From: Gemmatales bacterium
GTDB lineage: Bacteria > Planctomycetota > Planctomycetia > Gemmatales > HRBIN36
Reading direction: 5' to 3'
Length of the DNA: 64,000 bases
Assembly (NCBI GenBank): GCA_041640595.1
Contig: JBEPZY010000007.1
Coordinates: 149,611 to 213,610, forward strand
The position numbers and the translations under genes were made by a program. The notes beneath the pieces were generated by a model. The model saw nothing but the letters and a program-made list of their open reading frames with translations, was not told the origin of the DNA and ran no database searches. This document shows, in pieces, positions 17,468 to 25,783 of the stretch; the first letter of the stretch is position 1, and each line of letters begins with the position of its first letter.

Positions 17468-19717
17468 TTACGGGACGAATTCCGGAAACATGGTAACGGT
17501 CACGCGTGTTCCGGGGAGCAGGCGTGAAGCATGTCGCTGGGGGTTATGCATTTCGGCACGGATTCGCACCAGGCCTGCACCGCTCTCGACTTGCTGGCCG
17601 ACAAAAATGAGCCTGCCTTCGAGGGGTCGGATGCATTCTTCCACAGGCGGAGTGGGCCAGACGCGGATGACTTTATCACTTCCGCCGGTAAAGCAGAATC
17701 GGCCATCGGGAGAAAATGCCGCGCAGGTGACCGTAGATGGATCGGGCATGGTGAAGACCCGCAGCTCGCGGGAGTCCACGGGCCACAGTTCAGGGATCTG
17801 TGTCGTCGGTTCGTCGTGCCAGACAGGCAGCGGAGGGGTCGCCGGATCGCTGACCAGAAGATGAGCACCACCTTCAGTAGCAGGCGGATCTGGCAAAGCG
17901 GGGCCGAGCCAACCCGGCAATTGTTGCGCTCCATGAGGCGTCAAAGCCGCGGACAAAACTCCGAATGCAAAGGTTGTGTTGTATTTGAAACCGCGCTGAT
18001 ACGCCAAACGTAGCCAGGCCGACTCTTCCTGGGTGGGGGGCACATTCCAGAGGTGCAGTCGGCCACTCGCAGTGGTTGTCAACACCATGCGATTGTCCGG
18101 GGAAAACAACGCTACCGAACGGAACTGGCCCAGCCGACGACTGGAAATGACGGCCAGGGTTTGGGCATCGTTTAAATCAAGAATGCGCAGCTCCTCGCCG
18201 GTTTCAAACAGGCCGCGTTTGCCGTCTCGACTGATGCCCAGTTGCGAAATATCGGCGGTGCGCCCTTCTGCACGCCAGACCAGTTCGCCGGCCCACTGAC
18301 CGTTGGCATCCTTCCCAAGGCGCCACCGAGCCAGCGTGCGATCCTGACCGGCAGAAACCAGGTCGCCCTCGGGCAAGAAATTCAAACTGGTAACCGCCGC
18401 CCGGTGAGCCGGTTCACGATGCGCTTTGGCGTCCCGCAGGTTCAGGATTGGTTGAGCGGTTTCCAAACTCGTGAGCACAATCTCGCCATCTTCCGAACCG
18501 CTGGCGAGCAGAGCATTGTCGGGGCTAATTGCCAGGCACCGAATCGGCGCACGGTGCAGCGGGGTGACTTCGCCAAATACTGTCAGCGTCTGTTTCTGCA
18601 ACCGTCCTTGAGATGACACGGTCAGCTGCCAGCGGCGAATGCGCCCATCAGCCCCGCCGACCAGAACGGTGTAGGTGACATCCTGTCCTGCTTTTCCAAT
18701 GACCGGGCTGCAGACCAGTCCGGCAAATTCCCGAGAAAACTTGGGATCGCGTAGCTCGATGGGGCGTTGTGCGGAAAATTGCCAGTCCCATAACACCACT
18801 CGCCCATCTTCGCCGCAGGATAAAAGGAATCGGCCATCGGGAGTGGTCGTTATGCCGGTTATCGTACCCGTGTGGCCACGTAATTCCCGCAACCAGCCTT
18901 GTGGTCGCTCAGGTTCCACCAGCACGCGCATGCCTGGCCTGACAAGAGCACGCATCGGTAGCGGAATGGCAGCTTCCACGTACAGGCGATCGTAGTTAGC
19001 GATGTGAACAATAGTTTCGCCCGCTTTCACGCCTTCGCCGGTGTTCTTGAAAATCCGTGTTACTTCGCCAGGAATCGGGCTGCGAACCTGGTGCAATTCC
19101 CACAAGCGGCGTTTCTGTTCGAATTCTTGCCGGGCCGCTCGCAGTTTCTCACTATTGGCCACCCACTCGAAATAGTATTTATCACGCTGAGCTTCCTGGA
19201 TGCGCAACTCGATGAGCGGTACGGTACCCGGATTACGGCGGTTGGCTTCCAGGGATTTTTCCACGTACAGTTTGTAAACTTCGTACACGAGTTTGGCGCC
19301 TTCTACTTCAGCGGTGTTTTCCGCACGAATGCGGGCAATCTCCATTTCCGGCCGGGCCACCGTATCATCGAGCTGAGCAATGAGACTGCCGGCAGACAGG
19401 CGGTCTCCTAAACGGACATACAGTTGCACTAACTGGCCATCCACGCGCGAGGGCACCTCGGCTTCCTGTACCGGCGCCAGGGTGGCGTCGGTTACCACGA
19501 TCGGATCGGGCAAAATAGCCGATACCGATCCGCTAATCCTCAGGGCAGCGGGGGGATGGGTTTGGTAGGGTGTAGCGATGGCAGGCGGCCGGTTTTCGGC
19601 ACTACCGGTGTTCGATCCGCCTGGCTGTTCGGTTGACCAGGACAATAGCCCGGTCATCCACAAAACACTCAAAGTCAACGCGACCACAGCCAGCAGGGCT
19701 AAAATGAACCGCAGCAT
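17468..19717 (-). CDS. Membrane fusion protein (HlyD/RND adaptor) with an inserted WD40 beta-propeller
   Basis: N-terminal TM; VPSRVDGQL.., VRSPIPGEV..GEGVKAGE; WD repeats (GHTG...VVLWD, AISPDN.LLASGSEDG, AFSPDG...GSDKVIRVW); C-terminal LEGRLIFV...VRIRAEMHN...LLPG. Confidence 0.9.
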   Translation of the reverse strand: MLRFILALLAVVALTLSVLWMTGLLSWSTEQPGGSNTGSAENRPPAIATPYQTHPPAALRISGSVSAILPDPIVVTDATLAPVQEAEVPSRVDGQLVQLYVRLGDRLSAGSLIAQLDDTVARPEMEIARIRAENTAEVEGAKLVYEVYKLYVEKSLEANRRNPGTVPLIELRIQEAQRDKYYFEWVANSEKLRAARQEFEQKRRLWELHQVRSPIPGEVTRIFKNTGEGVKAGETIVHIANYDRLYVEAAIPLPMRALVRPGMRVLVEPERPQGWLRELRGHTGTITGITTTPDGRFLLSCGEDGRVVLWDWQFSAQRPIELRDPKFSREFAGLVCSPVIGKAGQDVTYTVLVGGADGRIRRWQLTVSSQGRLQKQTLTVFGEVTPLHRAPIRCLAISPDNALLASGSEDGEIVLTSLETAQPILNLRDAKAHREPAHRAAVTSLNFLPEGDLVSAGQDRTLARWRLGKDANGQWAGELVWRAEGRTADISQLGISRDGKRGLFETGEELRILDLNDAQTLAVISSRRLGQFRSVALFSPDNRMVLTTTASGRLHLWNVPPTQEESAWLRLAYQRGFKYNTTFAFGVLSAALTPHGAQQLPGWLGPALPDPPATEGGAHLLVSDPATPPLPVWHDEPTTQIPELWPVDSRELRVFTMPDPSTVTCAAFSPDGRFCFTGGSDKVIRVWPTPPVEECIRPLEGRLIFVGQQVESGAGLVRIRAEMHNPQRHASRLLPGTRVTVTMFPEFVP

Positions 19718-19735
19718 GGCTTTCAGCTCCTTGCA

Positions 19736-21742
19736 TCAGAAAATGAGGTGCTCGTAGAGGAATTCCCACAGCTCATAGAACCAGACGTAGCCGACCGAGC
19801 GGTAGCCGCAACGCACTTTGGCTCGTACTTCGGCACCGACCGGCATGCGATCGAGTTGCTGGCGAGTAATGTCCACCAGTTCGACACGTGCAAACAGGGC
19901 CGGTTCGTTATTGTGCGTGGTTACCGCACCACCCAGACCTTGCAAGTACAAAAGGCCCTTATATCGGCGATTGGGATCAGTAGCGAGGAGGAGATCGACT
20001 TCCAGTGGCTGACCACGATTCTTCACCAGGGCTTCGCGAATGTGGCCCACGTGTCGCTCCGGGATGTACATCTCGATATGCCATTCTCCTTCGCGGCGGG
20101 CAATCTGCAACAACTGGTCGCCGGGTTTGACGACTTTGCCGAGGAGTTGTTCGGTTTCCGGCGTAACTACCTCGCCACTTTTCGGAGCCACCACTTTGCC
20201 CCCGCCAGTCAATTGCAATAGCAACTGAAGCTGCGCTTTGGCTGACCAGTAGCTAAACTCCTGCCGCCATAATTCCTGAAGCAGCGATTGTTTTTCCTGA
20301 CCGGTGGCCCGATGTAAGGCCTGTTTGAGCTCGGGGATTCGTCCGCGGGCCAGTTCCATTTGCGTTTCGAGTTCGTTGATGCGGCGAAGTAACTCACGGT
20401 CTTCGATAAAGAGCAAGGGATCGCCGGCTCGAACGAAATCACCGTTTTGACGCTCGACCTTGATAATCCGTCCGGTAACCTGAGCGTAAACCGTTTGCCG
20501 ATCTTTGGGCATCAGTTGACCGCGAGCGTCGAGCCGTAATGGGTACGGCACAAAGATGAGCGCCAGTATCAACGCCAGAACCGCTCCCACCACTGCGCCA
20601 ACAATCGCCAGCCGTCGCCCGCGCAGGGCATCCTTGACGTTGGCTAAAGGCACGAGCAACCAGCGTAGCGGTAACCGGCGATATTCCAGGGCGTTGTAAA
20701 GTGCAGGGGCAGCATGTCGGCCGACAACTTCCGCGCGGGCCAGCAAGGTTTCTGCCGAGATGGCCGGTTCAAAGCACTCGACCAATAAGGCCGAGCGAGC
20801 CGGCCGATCTTTGCGTTCCTTTTCCCGTTCGTCCCGCAGCGGCAACAGAACCAGCAGTTTGCTGGGGCTTTCAGCTAGGTAAGCGTCCAGCGCTTTCAAA
20901 ACCTGGGGTGGCAGCGATTCATCCTTCTTGCCGGTGTAGGTGAGCGTTTCGCCCCAATCGAGAACATGATGACACAATTCGCGCATAGTGCGAACCAGTA
21001 CGCTCCGCTTTTCAACGACATCTACGCCACTGACGGCTTCGATCCGCGTGGATTGCCCCAGGCGAGTTGCCACGCTGACCCGATCACATTCCATGATTCG
21101 CCGGCCTTCGTTGGCCACGACGTATGCAATCTCACGCGGATTCAAGCTGGCGTGCACCTGGCGGGAAAACGCTTCCAGCTGGCTCCAGACTTGCTGCTGC
21201 CCTAGCACCTGCCGCAATTGCTGATGGTGAAGGTAGCGCCCAACCAGCTCGGCGCAGGCACTCAGCAATTGCATCATGCCGCGCTGCACGGAAGGCGGAC
21301 GATTCGGGTCAATCCAGACTTCGAGGATGGCCGCAAGTTGTTTCTCCACCAGTACCGGCAAAAGCAGCAAAGTATATCCCGTGAGATTGGCCGGGCCTGC
21401 TGCACCGCTCATCGGCGGAAGCAAACGGGGACGTGCCGTTGTGGCCACCTGCCGCATCAGTTCATCATGGGCAGCACGCACCTGGTCGCCGCTTTCAAGT
21501 TGGAGGGAAGGGAAGTTGATGTGATACTGGAGTTGCAGGTTACCCTGCGGCGTTTTCGTCCAGAAAGCGGCACCGACAGCATTGAGGCTGGAAACGATCC
21601 TTTGCAAAAACTCCGCGAAAAACTCCAGAGGCGACAATGCCGACTCTGCCAGTTGCGACAGCTCCTGTAAAAAACGCTGGATGCGTTGCCGCGTTTGTTC
21701 CAGTGCTTGTTCTTCGACGCTCTGGCGCGGTTCAGAACTCAT
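19736..21742 (-). CDS. Tandem GAF-like domains + TM + HlyD-type membrane fusion protein
   Basis: Two GAF-like regions (LLLPVLVEKQLAAILEVW; VHASLN..EIAYVVANEGRRIMECDRVSV); TM; VYAQVTGRI...NGDFVRAGD, VVAPKSG and GAEVRAKVRCGYRSVGY. Confidence 0.88.
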   Translation of the reverse strand: MSSEPRQSVEEQALEQTRQRIQRFLQELSQLAESALSPLEFFAEFLQRIVSSLNAVGAAFWTKTPQGNLQLQYHINFPSLQLESGDQVRAAHDELMRQVATTARPRLLPPMSGAAGPANLTGYTLLLLPVLVEKQLAAILEVWIDPNRPPSVQRGMMQLLSACAELVGRYLHHQQLRQVLGQQQVWSQLEAFSRQVHASLNPREIAYVVANEGRRIMECDRVSVATRLGQSTRIEAVSGVDVVEKRSVLVRTMRELCHHVLDWGETLTYTGKKDESLPPQVLKALDAYLAESPSKLLVLLPLRDEREKERKDRPARSALLVECFEPAISAETLLARAEVVGRHAAPALYNALEYRRLPLRWLLVPLANVKDALRGRRLAIVGAVVGAVLALILALIFVPYPLRLDARGQLMPKDRQTVYAQVTGRIIKVERQNGDFVRAGDPLLFIEDRELLRRINELETQMELARGRIPELKQALHRATGQEKQSLLQELWRQEFSYWSAKAQLQLLLQLTGGGKVVAPKSGEVVTPETEQLLGKVVKPGDQLLQIARREGEWHIEMYIPERHVGHIREALVKNRGQPLEVDLLLATDPNRRYKGLLYLQGLGGAVTTHNNEPALFARVELVDITRQQLDRMPVGAEVRAKVRCGYRSVGYVWFYELWEFLYEHLIF

Positions 21743-22170
21743 CTTGGTTCCCCTGCGGGTGCCGACATTCGACTGACCGACCTGTGTTCGACTATTCGAT
21801 TCCTGACCGAGCACATTCGCGGTGGCTCAGTAGGGTAATGTTACTGCTGTGGCGTTGCGTACCCGTCTAAATAGCCACCGACTGCTTATGAAGTCAGGAT
21901 TGGTTGCGGTGCGGACAAGTGTCCCGGCTAAAGATCGGCGACCGATCCTGCCAGCCTTTTATCATGCTACCCGATTTGCCGCTTTTTCGCAAGGCAACCG
22001 AGTAGGTTTTTGTGATTTTTCGTCGTGTTTCCTTGCTCCGAACAGGTGTGGCGCTTAGGATGGCAATGGCATTTCCGAGGATTGCTCTGAACCGACCGGC
22101 TTTTCCAGAACTTCGGGAATGGGTGCCGGCTTGCAACAATGCCAGACAGATACACAGCGGGGCGTGGATT

Positions 22171-23157
22171 ATGGCGTTGCCCAGGCAAACTATAGCACTG
22201 TTGAAATCGGCCCGTCAGCTGGCGGTGGAGACATCGGCCGATGCCATCCTGTTACTCACCGAAACCAATCTCGACTGGAATGAGGTTCGCACGGCCCTGG
22301 AAGGTTGCCGGCTACTGGTGGCTGCTCAGGATGAGGAACTTGCTAGTCGCATCAAACGCGAACCCGGTTTGACCGTGCTGGACAGCCATCCGGGACCGTT
22401 ACCGGTACGCGACCGCCTGAGCATGGCTCTCTTGGAAGCGGTGGCTGCCGAACAGTTGCGCTTCGGTGCCCATGTCGTGGCACTGTATAACGGTATCGAG
22501 GTCGAAGACCGACCCGACCAGATTGACAGCATGAGCCTGATCCACCTCGACGAGCACCTGGAACGGCTCTCGGCACGGGAATTACGCCGGCTTCACACTA
22601 AAGTACCGCTTGAGACCCTGAAGGCGGTAGTGGACCTGGCAACCGAAATCGGTCGGGAAGGTAGGGAAGGCAAGCCTATCGGTACTATGTTTGTCGTAGG
22701 TGACCATCGCAAAGTGCTGGCTCGTTCGCGCCCGATCGGTTTCGACCCGGTGCGCGGTTACAGTCGCAAGGAGCGTAACCTCCGCGACCGTTGGGTACGC
22801 GAAAGCGTCAAAGAAATCGCCAAGCTCGACGGGGCGATCATCGTCAACAAAGATGGCACCATTGAGGCAGCCGCACGCTTCATTGAAGTGAAAACGGAGG
22901 GCGTCAACCTCGGTAAAGGACTGGGTGCCCGGCATTGGACAGCAGCAGCCATTTCTAAAGTTACCAATGCGATCGCGGTTACCGTGAGCGAATCCACCGG
23001 CGTGGTACGAATATTTCAGGATGGAGAGATTGTGCTGCACATCGAACCCATGGCCCCGCGACCGGTTGTGTGGCGTCAGTTCCAGCTGGAAGCGGCCGAT
23101 CCAGACGGCTCGCCGTTCAACTTTCAGGAAGGTCAGCGATTGGCTTCGACGAAGTGA
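22171..23157 (+). CDS. Diadenylate cyclase (DisA_N/DAC domain) with an N-terminal alpha/beta domain, DacZ-like layout
   Basis: EIGREGREGKPIGTMFVVGD, KLDGA, GLGARHW and VSESTG.VRIF; start MALPRQ. Confidence 0.88.
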   Translation: MALPRQTIALLKSARQLAVETSADAILLLTETNLDWNEVRTALEGCRLLVAAQDEELASRIKREPGLTVLDSHPGPLPVRDRLSMALLEAVAAEQLRFGAHVVALYNGIEVEDRPDQIDSMSLIHLDEHLERLSARELRRLHTKVPLETLKAVVDLATEIGREGREGKPIGTMFVVGDHRKVLARSRPIGFDPVRGYSRKERNLRDRWVRESVKEIAKLDGAIIVNKDGTIEAAARFIEVKTEGVNLGKGLGARHWTAAAISKVTNAIAVTVSESTGVVRIFQDGEIVLHIEPMAPRPVVWRQFQLEAADPDGSPFNFQEGQRLASTK

Positions 23158-23318
23158 GTCCGGATTGTGCTGAGCGCCTCGTGCTTTGGCTGGCCATTTC
23201 GGCGTCGAAACGACGGCATTCGCTGGGTTGGTCGCGTTGGCTGATTTGCTGCTGGTTCCGCGAATAAAGTGCGACTTACCCACCGATTGACCGGGGTAAG
23301 CCAACGCATATCTTTTTA

Positions 23319-23421
23319 CTGCCGAGCTTGCAACCGGTGTCGCGAGACATCAGGGAAAACGGGGCGACCCTTTCCGTAACCCACTGGGGGTGCAACGGAA
23401 ATCCCTTGCATGCGTCGGTAG
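23319..23421 (+). ncRNA. Candidate structured RNA element (class unassigned) upstream of gcvPB
   Basis: Nested stems found by hand: CTGCCGA/TCGGTAG, TGCAA/TTGCA, GGTGTC-GCGA-GACATC, GGGA/TCCC, GGG-GCGA-CCC and TTTCCGT/ACGGAAA; two GNRA loops. Confidence 0.4.
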
Positions 23422-23475
23422 GCAGGCCGGCCTTATCTGCCACAATAAGCTACGCGTTTCCATTGGGGACCTTAT

Positions 23476-24960
23476 ATGGACAAACCGCAGTCAACCGCTC
23501 TGCTTTTCGAGCTGAGCCGACCTGGGCGACGATGTCATCGTGTGCCCGCCTGTGATGTGCCGACCGGCGAAGAGCTATTACCAAAGCGCTTCCTGGCCGA
23601 CGCTCCTCCGCCGTTGCCGGAACTCAGCGAACTGGATGTGGTTCGACACTTCGTCAACCTATCCGTTCGTAACATGAGTGTAGATACGAACTTTTATCCG
23701 CTCGGTTCCTGCACCATGAAATACAATCCGAAGCGGCACGAGCGGTTGGCCAGTTTGCCAGGACTGACGCAAGTGCATCCGTTGCAGGACGAAAGTACCG
23801 TCCAGGGTTTGCTGGAATTGCTGTGGCATTTGCAAAACTTGCTGGCGGAGATCGCCGGACTGCCTGCGGTTTCGCTCCAACCGGCGGCTGGCGCTCAGGG
23901 CGAATTAACAGCCTTACTGATTGCGGCGGCGTATTTCAAACACCGGAACGAATCGCGTAATCTGGTGCTGATACCCGATAGTGCTCATGGCACCAACCCG
24001 GCCAGCGCTGCCATCGCCGGTTTCCAGGTAGTTACCGTCCGAAGCAACAGCCAGGGTCTGGTGGACTTGCAGGATTTTATCGCCAAACTCAATGACCGAG
24101 TGGCGGTGTTCATGATCACCAATCCCAACACGCTCGGCCTGTTTGAAACGAACATTCTGGAAATCAGCCGGCGGGTGCACGATCACGGCGGTCTGGTTTA
24201 TCTCGATGGAGCGAATATGAATGCGTTGCTGGGCCGTTGTCGTCCCGGTGATTTCGGGGCCGACATGATGCATTACAATGTTCACAAAACCTTTACCGGG
24301 CCGCATGGTTCGGGCGGACCGGGAGCCGGGCCGATTGCCGTGCGGGAGTTCCTTGCCCCGTTTTTGCCGGTACCAATTGTGGCTCGCGACCAATCGGGGC
24401 GATTTTATCTGGACGAGGATCGACCGCTTTCGATTGGCCGGGTACGGAGCTTTTTCGGAAACGTGGGCATTTTGATTCGCGGCTATTGCTACCTGCGAAC
24501 GCTGGGGCCGGAGGGTTTGCGGCAGGTGAGCGAACAGGCGGTGCTCAACGCGAATTACCTGCTGCATCGGGTTGCTGCGTTCCTGGATGTGCCACACGGG
24601 CAACGTTGCATGCACGAGTTTGTGGCCAGCGCTGGACGACTCAAACGTGAACGGGGCATCACCGCTATGGATATCGCCAAGCGCCTGCTCGATTTCGGCT
24701 TCCATGCCCCAACGGTCTATTTCCCGCTCACTGTCCCAGAAGCCCTGATGATTGAGCCAACCGAGACCGAGAACAAAGAAACCCTGGACGCATTCGCAGA
24801 TACCCTGCGGCAAATCGTGCAAGAAGATGCGGCTTATTTACGTCAAGCCCCGCATTCGTTGCCGATTAGCCGACCTGATGAGGTTCGCGCTGCCCGGGAA
24901 CCTGTCCTTCGGTGGCAGCCGGCGAAATCTGTCGCACCTTCATCGGCGACTGCTTCGTGA
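23476..24960 (+). CDS. gcvPB: Glycine dehydrogenase (decarboxylating) subunit 2
   Basis: FYPLGSCTMKYNP, QPAAGAQGE, SAHGTNPAS, HYNVHKTFTGPHGSGGPG and DIAKRLLDFGFHAPT. Confidence 0.96.
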   Translation: MDKPQSTALLFELSRPGRRCHRVPACDVPTGEELLPKRFLADAPPPLPELSELDVVRHFVNLSVRNMSVDTNFYPLGSCTMKYNPKRHERLASLPGLTQVHPLQDESTVQGLLELLWHLQNLLAEIAGLPAVSLQPAAGAQGELTALLIAAAYFKHRNESRNLVLIPDSAHGTNPASAAIAGFQVVTVRSNSQGLVDLQDFIAKLNDRVAVFMITNPNTLGLFETNILEISRRVHDHGGLVYLDGANMNALLGRCRPGDFGADMMHYNVHKTFTGPHGSGGPGAGPIAVREFLAPFLPVPIVARDQSGRFYLDEDRPLSIGRVRSFFGNVGILIRGYCYLRTLGPEGLRQVSEQAVLNANYLLHRVAAFLDVPHGQRCMHEFVASAGRLKRERGITAMDIAKRLLDFGFHAPTVYFPLTVPEALMIEPTETENKETLDAFADTLRQIVQEDAAYLRQAPHSLPISRPDEVRAAREPVLRWQPAKSVAPSSATAS

Positions 24961-24983
24961 GGCAGAGCGAATACGAGCGGTTC

Positions 24984-25769
24984 ATGGTGGCTATTTTTCG
25001 CATCTTGCCGGTGTTGAACGCCGATGGTCCTTTGCAAATGGCCCTCGATGAAGTGTTGCTCCAACAGGCCGAGCGAGGTATTCCTTCCTTTCGGATTTAC
25101 CTGTGGAACGAACCGACGCTCAGCCTCGGCTATTTTCAGTCTGCGGGTGACCGGCTGCGTGATCCGGCACTGGCAGGTTTGCCGTTTGTGCGGCGCATGA
25201 CCGGGGGCGGTGCGATTGTGCATGGCAGGGCGGTTGCTTTAGCGGAAGGCGTAACGCTCACCGACTGGACATACGCCATGACTTTACCGTCGGTGCTGGT
25301 GGCGGGGAAAGCAGCCTGTCATTGGCATCTGGCTATTCATGGCGCTTTGTGTCGGGTTTTGCAGCAATTGGGCGTGGCTGCGGAAGTGGTGGAACCGGTG
25401 CCTGGAGAGATTAGCTGCGGGGAGGCTCACGTCTCATCGGTTCAAGCGGCGGATAGTGCCCAGAAACAACCTGCCTCCTTATCGGGGCGCGACTTCCTGT
25501 GTTTCGCTCGACCGGCTGCGGGAGATATTGTCTGGCAATGTCATAAAATTGTCGGCAGCGCTCAGCGATTGCGAAAGGGAGCTCTGTTGCAGCACGGTTC
25601 AATGTTTTTGCCTCATTGGCCCTGTGAATGGAAAACACTGGCCGAGTTATGGCTGGCCGAGCTTGGCTGGTCCGGTCAAATAACGCCCTGGCAGGAGCAG
25701 GAATTCGAGTTGGCCCAGCGACTAGCCGAAAGTAAGTACCGCCAGCCTACCTGGAATCTTCGCCGGTAA
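24984..25769 (+). CDS. Lipoate-protein ligase / octanoyltransferase (LplA/LipM family)
   Basis: MALDEVLL, PTLSLGYFQ, VRRMTGGGAIVH and KIVGSAQ...LLQHGS. Confidence 0.88.
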   Translation: MVAIFRILPVLNADGPLQMALDEVLLQQAERGIPSFRIYLWNEPTLSLGYFQSAGDRLRDPALAGLPFVRRMTGGGAIVHGRAVALAEGVTLTDWTYAMTLPSVLVAGKAACHWHLAIHGALCRVLQQLGVAAEVVEPVPGEISCGEAHVSSVQAADSAQKQPASLSGRDFLCFARPAAGDIVWQCHKIVGSAQRLRKGALLQHGSMFLPHWPCEWKTLAELWLAELGWSGQITPWQEQEFELAQRLAESKYRQPTWNLRR

Positions 25770-25783
25770 CACTGGCAGCATGC

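Noticed and set aside
23160..23475. Glycine, cobalamin or c-di-AMP riboswitch, or group II intron fragment (GTGCG)
   Set aside because: Only scattered short matches (AGGGAA, CCACTG, GGGGTG); core consensus elements and intron domain V are absent. Kept only as an unassigned structure.
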